From positions 257,104 through 321,103 of the forward strand of contig RHPI01002823.1 of NCBI GenBank assembly GCA_009103225.1: DNA of 64,000 nt, given 5' to 3'. Shown here one piece after another: positions 10,673 through 20,537 of this stretch (position 1 is the stretch's first letter; each line of letters opens with the position of its first letter). The position numbers and the translations under genes are program-made. This stretch comes from Chlorokybus atmophyticus. Taxonomy: Eukaryota > Plantae > Mesostigma and Chlorokybus algae. Below the pieces are notes generated by a model that searched no databases, was not told where the DNA came from, and saw only the letters and a list, made by a program, of their open reading frames with translations.

Positions 10673-12655
10673 GTGACGCGCGCGGGTCGCCATGCTAGTA
10701 AGCCGGGCGAGGATCTCGCTGTAGGCATGCCCGATGACGACTGGCATGCCCGGGCGATAGGCATGACAATTGGCTGCGTGACCGTTCAGCGCGAGCATGG
10801 GGAGTGGGTGCCACGGCCCAGCAGCGCAGTTTGGGTTGGATATAAAGAAGCCCCCAACTCAGTCCTGGTGGTGGGCAAAACTGCTCCTGATGAGCCAGAA
10901 GCACACTTTTGGCTCCTCAAGCCTGCAAGCATCGAACAGTGGTCGTGGCCTATGCATGAAGTGCCACCGGAGGTAACACACCTGAGCGGAGAGTGGCGGA
11001 ATGGCGTTGCCAATCCCCGCTACCACCGGCTGTGATCCTGAGTGCTGCGCCAACGCCTCAGGCCTCGCCTTCGTGTGCTAGGCGAGAAGTAGCCGAGTGT
11101 TCTGCACATCCTGCCTCCCCTCAACCACAGCCACATGCTCGCAATCCCAATTCAGCACCCTCCCTTCCTGCCGCGGAGACTCACTTGCCACCGCACTCTG
11201 ACCATCCGGAGGCATCTCCATCAAGAAGCAGCTGTAGCTCGCCCTCTCCCTCTAAGCTTGCCACATTGATCCCAGCCTGTCTTGTTGGTAAAGAGATTGA
11301 TCGAGGTGTCCTGAAAGCTGCGCTGAAAGACAAAGGCTTCATGCTCGACCTCATGAAGCAACATGAGGTCGTAGAGGAACGGGAGGCAACCAACAAGCGC
11401 AAGGCTGTGGAGCAAGAAGATAACGCCTTACCTCCTCTGAGTGACAGTGCCACGAAGAGCGCCTGCCAGGATGTGCAGGGTGACAAACAAAAAAAGAAGA
11501 AGGTTGTTGGAACAAAAGACGCTGACAGGACCAAAAAAGGAAAGGTGAGGCATCGTTACAATATTAGAAGAAGCACAGCGCCTTGAAGCCTCACTGGGGC
11601 TGACTGTGTGTCCTGAGTAGGCACAGGCGGGTTTACAGCGTCAAGTGGCTGCTCAGCATCGTCCAGAGAGACAGCCGGTGCGGCACGAGCTGCCTAAGCT
11701 CAAAGCATCGACGCGCAGACGCTTTGAGGGGCTGACTCGTAGTGCAAAAGAGTTGATCACCCTACAGTACGCCCATGCCGCGCTGCATCACCGCATGCGG
11801 CATGCCTTGAGGTGGGTGACGAAAGTATGCAATAAGTGGGAGCAAACGCGGAGGGTGCGGTCTAAACAGACCTCTGGGGATTGGCCGTGGTTGGAACCCA
11901 TACACGATATGGCCATCCGTAGTACGTTGTTGCCCCTTGCCGTCCTCGATATGATGGTGTTGTTGCTGCTGCAGCAACCCGGCAATGTGCAAGAGCTATC
12001 GGCGGAGCAAAACTTCGATCTGCTGCAGCAGATGTACCTTTTGATGTCGACTAAAGCGGGTCGAGATGTGTGCCACTACCTGAGCAAACATATTGGGTGG
12101 CAAGTAAAACCATTCGAGCTGTACTTGGCATGCTTTGGCTGGCAGTGGCTGTATGTCATACGGCACGTCGAGCTGATTCTGTGGAAGCTCGAAGAAAATG
12201 ACGATGCGGGGGAGTACACGAGAGACGACAGCCATGTCGAGGGCCTAGATGAACGCATGCTGGACGAGACCACCAAGACAATCAGGTGGTGTATAGCGGC
12301 AGATGGGCAACAGGTGATCAAGCAGGCGATGGAGCGTTATGCTGCGTCATTCAGATGGGAGTCGCTACGCCTGCAACGCGATAACAGAGTTATGTGGCAG
12401 AGGCAGCTCGCACACCCGAGTGCACCATGTGTGCTGATTTGTTGCACTGAAGAGCCACCCCCCCCAGCGGATGGGGAGACGCCCTGTTGCAAGAAAGCGA
12501 TGTGCCATGTTTGCATTTTAGCACATCAGAAGACTGTGGCAAATAAATTAAAGAATCTACAAGCGTGTCCATTCTGCAAGCAACCTCACCCGTTTTGGTC
12601 GCCACGCCTTATGCAAGACGTCAACGTGTCGGCGGTGATTTGGCCCCCGCCTTGA
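10673..12655 (+). pseudogene. Spliced gene for a protein with a C-terminal RING-like finger, 5' part apparently cut by the LTR
   Basis: ORFs 10673-11035, 10993-11586 and 11645-12655 join through a frameshift and a GT-AG intron (KGK|RQVAAQH, acceptor 11638). C-terminus CVLICC-x13-CCKKAMCHVC-x17-CPFC. Confidence 0.6.
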
Positions 12656-13157
12656 TGCCAATTGTGCATGTATTGTAATTTTGTGTTGGCTTCCTGTGAA
12701 CCATGTAGGTACATGTATAGTTGCAGCATGGTGCATGGTGCACCAGAGATCTGCTGTTGTTAGAAGCATTGGCTGTACATGTGTATGATGTCTGCCCGGC
12801 GCATGAGTCAGTGCATGGCTTGCATACCTCGCTGGTTTAGAGCGTGGTTGACTGCAACAAACTCGGACAGCGCTCTGGGTTCCATGGCATGACAGCACAG
12901 TATTACTCAACGATCGTGGTATTATGCGAGTATCTTTGTATTGTAGTATTATTAACAGATGGAGTACAATTCATGTTGATGTAATACCATGCATGGGTTT
13001 GCAATAGCTTCCTTGGTACAGTCGTGCTTCACTTGAAGTTTGACCCATTTAGGGTTCGTAAGCTGGCAACCCTAAATTGATGCCCATACCCTAAAGTCTT
13101 GCTCAGTTTGTGGGCAGCCGTGCCGATTCCTATGTTGCATGATGTCGGCGGCAGCAG

Positions 13158-14868
13158 TTGAATCACCCTCACCTAGGAGACCATGCTAGGTGTGCCCACA
13201 ATACAATGCGTACGTATGTGCCAATGGCCGTAGGCAGCAAATGCGAGCACACTGCGACCGAATGCGAGCGAGTGCAGACAGTGTGCCACGGTTTTAGTGC
13301 TGCTTGCTGGCATCACACCACACACAATGTCGACGTGTTTGGCTGCCGCCTCGGCCAAGTGCTGTGCAAGGAACCCGAGTTTTTCCATTACGTGCAGTGC
13401 GTGTGCAAAACGTGCTCGCGCTCATGCTTCGAGTGGCGAGGGGAACCCATGCGCTTCTTCACATGGACAACACCGGGATATGTGGTTAGTGGACAGGTGA
13501 TGGATGCTGTGGAGGTAATCCACAAGAGTGGACCGCGACGTATCACTGCATGTTATGTTGGGCGTATGCTTATTTCATGCATGTTGAAGCTGTGGTCGCA
13601 TTCAGAGCAGTCTTGCACGGTGTGGGCGTGGGCGGTTCCATCCCCTGGCCGCTGTAGAGGAGGCAGACCATCGACCGTTGGACAGCGCACTGCATCGGCT
13701 GCGGAACGCAGTTAAGTTGGGATGCGAGCAGCTAATCAGTGTGAGTGTCATGGTGCATTGGCCGCTGGATGGGGAATGGTATGCGGGCGTTGTGGAATCA
13801 TTCAAGCAAGCGTCAGGTCAGCATCGCTTCGTGGCGTGCGAGATTGAGGACGCATCATATATGCATGGTGCAATGGAAAATGTCTTTGCAGGGCAGCACC
13901 GTATAGTATTCGATGACGGTGATCGACCATAAACCATCAACTTCAAAGGGCACAACGTATTCGCGTACACATCAGTTGACGGGGCACGCCATGTTCTGCG
14001 CGCCGGAGGGGAGAACGTCAGTCGCGAAGTAAGCCCGGACGGCATCATTGTTAGTCCCTGGCCAGCGCCACGGCCAGCCTTGACCACATACACGCCATTT
14101 GACAACAAGCTGGGACGCACACGCAGACCACGGGCACTCGACCTATTCTGCGGCGGTGGCGGTGCCAGTGTCGGTCTATACCACGCAGGCTTTAACGTGA
14201 CCGGGATGGACATAAGTCCCTCCTCTGAGTACCCGCTGCCCTTCATACACCGCGATGTATGCACCCTGAGTGCAGGAGAGCTGAACGAGTACGAGCTCAT
14301 CTGAGCCAGTCCACCATGCCAGGCCTATTCAGGTGCTATCCCGGCACCTCAACGGGCGGCACATGGCACATCCTGGAGACACCAGGATATGATACCGCTC
14401 GTCCGACGTCTGCTGCTTGCAAGCCAGGTCAAGTTTGTGATTGAGAATGTGCCAGGAGCAGCTTCCTCATTCAGACCCAATCTGTCCCTGTGTGGCACGA
14501 TATTTGGCCTATCAACTTTCCGACACCGTCTGTTTGAGACACAGCCAGTGGTAGCTACCCCACCAGCACGCTGCTCGCACGCGGGCAAGGCAGTTGGACT
14601 GCTATCGCCGCACCTGTCCGCTAGCGCGAAGAAGACAATCGTGACATCAAACGCGCCACAGCAGATGTACCCGGTCTATGGCCTTCCAAGCACCAGGGGC
14701 GGCATTGCTGCGTGGCAAACAGCGCTGGGAGTGCCATGGATGACCTCGGCCGTTTCCATAGCGAATGCAGTTCCTCCCGCAATGGCGGAGTGCATAGGGC
14801 GTCTCATGCTTGAAACAATGGATATGCGCTGTGACTACCCTCCAGTGTCATGGAACTATGAGGCTTGA
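13158..14868 (+). pseudogene. Cys/His-rich region - Tudor domain - compact C5 cytosine DNA methyltransferase fusion (3 exons, 2 nonsense codons)
   Basis: Inferred exons ~13158-13514, 13606-13816 and 13892-14868 keep frame. Tudor VMVHWPLDGEWYAGVV...HRIVFDDGD. MTase motifs ALDLFCGGGG (I), GMDI (II), I*ASPPCQAYS (IV), FVIENVPG (VI), LCGTIFGL..FRHRLFE (VIII), IANAVPP (X). Stops at 13930-32 and 14302-04. Confidence 0.88.
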
Positions 14869-15071
14869 GTGTGGTGCACTGTATTGATGCTTAATGCCAC
14901 ATGGCGGACTGATTGTTGAATGTTGCATGGCACAATCGATTGTGGCGATAGTTGTGCAGTGACAGCTGCCCGATATTGTACATGTCCACATGCAAAAGTC
15001 TTACCATACGATCAGCAATGCCTAACTGACTGATATGCTCCAAACTCAGAGTAGTGAGACAAGTACATGTG

Positions 15072-18000
15072 TCACGTGGAAGTGCAGTGAACGTTCACCC
15101 AATACTTGCCCTCTTGTACACGGGCGCTGCCCTTGTCAAACATGGAGAGCAGCTGGACAATGCCTTTTACTTCCTCCAGAGTCACGACATCGAGATGTGG
15201 ACCGCCTCGACGCTTTTCCCATTTCAGAGCGATGCACTTTGTGTCGCTCGTCACATCCAGCTTCGTGTACCAGCGGACAAACACGACCTCCTTCCACACG
15301 CGCTCGCCGCTACCACCCCACACCACCACGCGCAGAAAAAGGAGTGCATGAGCCCACCACGTCACGTTCACACCGTCCTCATCACCTTCCAACTCAAGTG
15401 TAGAGAAACAAGGCCGCCTATGGAACATCCCAGTTGCGCGCGCCATGCTGACTCATGATGTCATGTACACCGCTGCGCCTCCGTTCACCACGCAAACAGC
15501 ACGCCACGCGTCGGCCAACTCCAGTTGTTCCCTCCTCAACCAGCTGTCCAGGGTGGCAAGCAGCTTGTCGGCGAATGGAGTCTTCAAGGCGACTTGGCGG
15601 CTACGCGCAGATCCGCTCCAGTACGGGCTGGACTCCCTCCTTGTCAGCACATCCATCCGTAGCAACTTGTCCGTCTTCTCCATGACATTACAGCACTGCT
15701 GCCGCGCCTGCGCCATGACCGAGCGCATCTCGGGATCCACGACCATGCCATCCTCTCTCACATATTCCGCACAGCTCCATGCCTTCAGGATACGTGCCTG
15801 GTAGTCCCGGTTGTTGCCACCACGCGCCCACCGTCTGATATTTTGGGCGTGCGTCTGCTCCATGCGGTTGGCGCTGAACCAATCTGGGTGTCCACTGTCC
15901 ACAATTGCCGGCCCAAAATGAGTGAGCTGATGCATCTTCTCGATCTTCCAACCTGACTTCTGTGCAAAATATGACGACAGTAGCGGATGCAACACTGCAG
16001 CTTTGAAGGCAGCCAGCTCGTTGTCGGCTGTGGTCAGGGTCTCTCTTGTGTGTTCATGCGCCTTGAGCAACTTCTTGTTCCACTGGGCAAGCGATGCGGC
16101 AGCAATGGTGAAGAAATCGTTGCCCTCACTGTCGAGCAGCAAACCGTCTGTATAACAGTCAAGGCCAAATTCTGTGATTTTCATGGCCGTTTTAGGCCTT
16201 ATTTGTAAGGTACATGTTTTTAATGACTTGTGGCGGATATCGGCGAGTTATGAGTCTGCCGCGGATATCGACCGGGGCCCCAAGACCAGTCCGGAAGGTG
16301 CCAGAAAACGGAGGGCCAGTCGAGAAGGGCTCGACCAGATTTCTGGAAGGGCCTGGCGCCAAGTAGTATAACTTGACCATATGAGCAGCAAATTAGGAGA
16401 TCTTTGGTGCGTTGGAAAGGTCTAGAAGTGTACAAGATTCCGCAAGAATATCTTAGCTTCTAGGTCCGTCTAGCGCTAGAATCGTCTAGACAGTAGCATG
16501 TGCAGACTGGTAGGTATAAAAGTGACATTCTACAATTTGTAATACAACCTTTAGCTCCCTAGTTTCTGGTGTGGGTTATGGGCCCACAGGTCCTTGGATC
16601 GTCACACAAGCAAGTACACACCAGTGGCCACACGCTAGCAACCCCTGCTAACCACCACCAAGCTTGCACACCAGAAACTAGGGAGCTAAAGGTTGTATTA
16701 CAAATTGTAGAATGTCACTTTTATACCTACCAGTCTGCACATGCTACTGTCTAGACGATTCTAGCGCTAGACGGACCTAGAAGCTAAGATATTCTTGCNN
16801 NNNNNNNNNNNNNNNNNNNNNNNNNNNNNNNNNNNNNNNNNNNNNNNNNNNNNNNNNNNNNNNNNNNNNNNNNNNNNNNNNNNNNNNNNNNNNNNNNNNN
16901 NNNNNNNNNNNNNNNNNNNNNNNNNNNNNNNNNNNNNNNNNNNNNNNNNNNNNNNNNNNNNNNNNNNNNNNNNNNNNNNNNNNNNNNNNNNNNNNNNNNN
17001 NNNNNNNNNNNNNNNNNNNNNNNNNNNNNNNNNNNNNNNNNNNNNNNNNNNNNNNNNNNNNNNNNNNNNNNNNNNNNNNNNNTCTGCGAGGACCGGCAGC
17101 AGCTGCAGCACCGCCACTTTCTCCACCACCTGCAAGGAGTGGTCGGACAGGAAGAAATCTACTGTGCTTGTGGGTGCCTTGAAGTGCGAAACCCGCAGAG
17201 TCGCCTTGCATGCATTCAGCCTGTGCACATCTGCTCGTGAGCACGTGTTGTTGGCTTTTGTGTTCAACACAAAAGCAACACCAAAGACGTGCCTGGCCTG
17301 CAGAATCTGTCTCGTGGATGGACGCATTCGTTCCTTCGCGGCGTCGTACACAGCAGCAAGCAGGTGGTCAATGATGCCTCCCAGCACATGCATTGCGTCA
17401 GGGGCAAGACGAGAGTAGCAGTCAGCTCCCGGCACCCGCGACTGTCGCCAACCCCACAGTGCATTCTGTTGCCAAACCACATTGCCTGGTTTCACGGAAA
17501 GCCATTCATCCTCACGAATGCCGGTAATTTGACCATTACCTCCTCGACATGCATGGAGTGCTGCTCTTTGAAAGCCTTGGCTGTCTGGCGTGCATTCCTA
17601 ACACCGCTATGCAGGTCCGCCCGCAGCTGACGTATTGCTGGTGTGTAGAAGGCCTCGGTTCTCAATTCCCGGTCCTCATCCATCTCCAACAGATCTGATT
17701 TGGTGACGAGACAAACATCGCAAGGATGTCGTGTTTGGTTGCCCGACACAGTGCGTGCGAGTGTGGCAGTCTCCTACAACACGACAAACTCAGATGTTCT
17801 ACTGACAACATCCTCCATGCACTGTTTGCTGGCGGGCTGCATCCGGTTACAACCATTCATGCCCACTACCTGCAAATCGCTGATGTAGTTGGCAAGCGCG
17901 GGAAACACACGACGCTCGATGCCATTCGGGTCGATGAGCTGCAGACCTTCCCAACTCGCCCGCTTCACATCCCCTAACACTACATTCAAAGCGTCATGAA

Positions 18001-19150
18001 AAATCTCACGTTTTCGAATGGAGAACGATTCCTTGCCCTGCGCCCAGGTGGGATGCCCGGCCACTGCGTGAACCACCGGCAGAAGCGCTATCATAACAAC
18101 CCCCATGTTGCTAGCATACATGTCCCAACTGTAGTTGGCAAGCGATGCCATCAGAGGGTAGCCAGAGCGCTTGCCCGCGCTGTCCAGCGTGGTCTTGTCA
18201 CTGTACAGAATGGCAGGCGCCAAGTAGGACGCTTCCCCCACCTCTCTCCTCAAATCCACCTCCACATCCTTCCACCAATCGCCCGTGGAAGGATGGCCAA
18301 AGCTGTGCTCGTCACCAGTGTACTGGAGATTGAAGCCATTGGCGGCATGTGGATTGCCATACAACCGCGCGAGCCATACCTGCTCCGACCAAGAGCATTA
18401 CTTACTATGCTGGCCTCAGAATAGATACTGCATCGATACTGCATTAGGTACTGCATTTCACAGACCTTGGCCGGCATATATGTGACGCAGATGTCCTGAT
18501 CCTCAGGGTCTCCAGGCTTGCGCAGGTCAGCCGTCACGTAGTTCTGATACGGCAGCACACTCGCATGTGCATATGTGACATGGCTCTGATGGTTGAAGCA
18601 CATGCACCGCACACCGTGAACACACCTCAGACTGAGAGAAAGCAATCGTGGTCCGGAGGTAGCTGGCCGCATGCACACCGGTCTCCCACTGGAGCTCTTC
18701 CGTCAGGAAGTGTGCATTTCGGATGCACTTGATGATCCGCCCCATGTCGGAGGCCGACAGGCCTTGGCCGTTGTTGCACTGCACGAATGCCACTGCAAGA
18801 GCATGCTCCGAGCCATACCACCTGGATTCCGACGCGTGCGAAGGGACGCCTCCACTTCCATGTTGGCGTGCCACAGGTTTCTCAGGCACACGCACACATC
18901 GAAAGCCCTCGTTCACTTCCTCCTCCTCCTGTTGCTGCTGTGCGTGTGTCTCCTGGAGGAATCCTTCAGCATCAAGCATGTGAGCATCCTGGATCGAACT
19001 CCCCGGTTCAACATGACCCGCATCGTACTGTAATGGACGCTGGCCGACATACAGCTTGATCTGCTTGCACACCCTGCTGCTAATAATGTGCATGTAGACC
19101 GAGCTGCGTGTGGCGAAGCGCATGTGGCAATACGGACAAAGGACTCCCAT
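15072..19150 (-). pseudogene. Plavaka-type transposase (multi-exon, N-terminal C2H2 finger), interrupted by a foldback element
   Basis: CPYCHMRF...MHIISSRVC; HPSTGDWW...PAILYSDKTTL...GYPLMASLAN; YISDLQ|E...HPCDVC; PDAMHVLGG; KMHQLTH...G...MEQTH; C-terminal VFVRWY...LQLL...YWVN BAH-like segment. Confidence 0.85.
16151..17082. mobile_element. Foldback/MITE-like insertion with long terminal inverted repeats (right arm partly in the N gap)
   Basis: 16442-16573 and 16667-16798 are a perfect 132-bp inverted repeat. The unmatched left arm (291 bp) is close to the gap size (284 N). TCTG is duplicated at both junctions, and removal restores the frame LPVLA-DGLLLD. Confidence 0.75.
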
Positions 19151-19276
19151 ATCTCACTACTAACGTCGACACAGGTGTCGCCAATGTAACCTGCATCATA
19201 TCCAGCAACACGCACACCCGCCGCCGCCGCCGCCGCCGCCACCGCCACCGCCACCGCTACCGCTACCGCTGCATGC

Positions 19277-19510
19277 CAGAGGCGGGAAACTTGGCCGCCA
19301 GTCACTGGCTCCGTCGTACCATTATAATGGTACGATCGAGCCATTGCACGTCCAGGGTGAGTCTCTGTATATATATATATATATCCTGATTGAACCGTTT
19401 CAATGGTACGAAGATGCCTTTGCCAAAAGGTATAGGCATTGTACAAAAGTACCATTGAAATGGTACCTTTGTACAATGGCAATGGCAGTTCGTACCATTG
19501 ACAACTCTGG
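19277..19510. mobile_element. Small palindromic-motif element (possible hAT-type MITE)
   Basis: Ends CCAGAG...CTCTGG; repeated GTACCATT/AATGGTAC motifs; 22-bp perfect palindrome at 19314-19335; internal (TA)n. No clean TSD. Confidence 0.4.
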
Positions 19511-19580
19511 CAATGTCAGTCCCCCTGCGCATGAAAACACCACCGATAGCTCCGCCAGGCTATGCCCTTACAAAGGCGTG

Positions 19581-20537
19581 ATGCCGAGGGTATGTGGCGT
19601 TTGGAGGATCGTTGGCGGCGCTACCAGGGGCGTAGTGGGCATTTTGGTCGAGGTCCGGGATGAATTCTATGTTCGCACAGGGCGGGCAGGGTGCCGGAGG
19701 GGTGTCCTCGGTGTCAAACCCCACCAAGACTACCAAGGGCACATCCAATGACAACAGTGACTCGGGCGATATCTTACAGAGCTCCCCCTCCGAGTGGGCA
19801 AAGGCACACCACAATACTGCCTCTAAGAAAATCCGACCCACCAGCAGCTGCGACCACGGTGACATGATTGAAGGGACCAAACAAGACTGGCATAACCAAG
19901 GTGGGTTACGATGCACTGTCAATGCCACATGCTAGGGTTCTTTTATCTTGCACATGCACAGCCTCAAGTATCTTGCACTTGACATACATTGTCAATACGA
20001 CATGCACACCCTCATGCACAACCTCCAGTGTCATGCACATGAACAGCATGACCAATCTCGCAAATGCACAGCCTATTTCTACTTGCGGGAGCTCACAAGT
20101 CGCAAAAGAGAAGCTGCGGAGTCAAACGAACGGGTAATCTATGACCTAGTTTAATGTTTCCAGCGGTAATTAAGCAGTATGCTTGCAGATTGCCATGTTG
20201 GTCAGAGTGAACCAAGAGCAGCGCGGCAGGCTGACTGTCTGCCTGGCGGAGTGCAACAAAGCGGAAGACGAGGTAAGCGTGTGTATGCTGATGGGCTAGT
20301 CCTCTGGCAGCACGCCACTCTTACAGCATTACCAAATGCAGGTGGTCACTCTCAAAGCGACCATCAAGCGCATNAAAAGCGACCATCAAGTGCATGCGCG
20401 TGCACGGCGAGGCGCTGACATTCAAGCTGAAGGACGAAGTAGCCGCTGTACTGTCAGCGAGCGAGGCAGCGGATGAAGATGACTCCGGCGTTGAAGCAGA
20501 AGACTCGTCGGAGGAGGAACAGGAGGAGGGGGTTTGA
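19581..20537 (+). CDS. Small 5-exon hypothetical coiled-coil protein with an acidic tail (~185 aa)
   Basis: Phase-consistent GT-AG exons 19581-19589, 19681-~19900, 20072-20133, 20189-20272 and 20342-~20537, giving MPR|GGQ...WHNQ|AYFYLRELTSRKREAAESNER|IAMLVRVNQEQ...|VVTLKATIK...EDSSEEEQEEGV. N bases affect the last exon. Confidence 0.5.

Noticed and set aside
16767-17418. Long ORFs containing X runs
   Set aside because: Their length is created by the N gap; only the 17083-17495 minus part is real Plavaka coding sequence.
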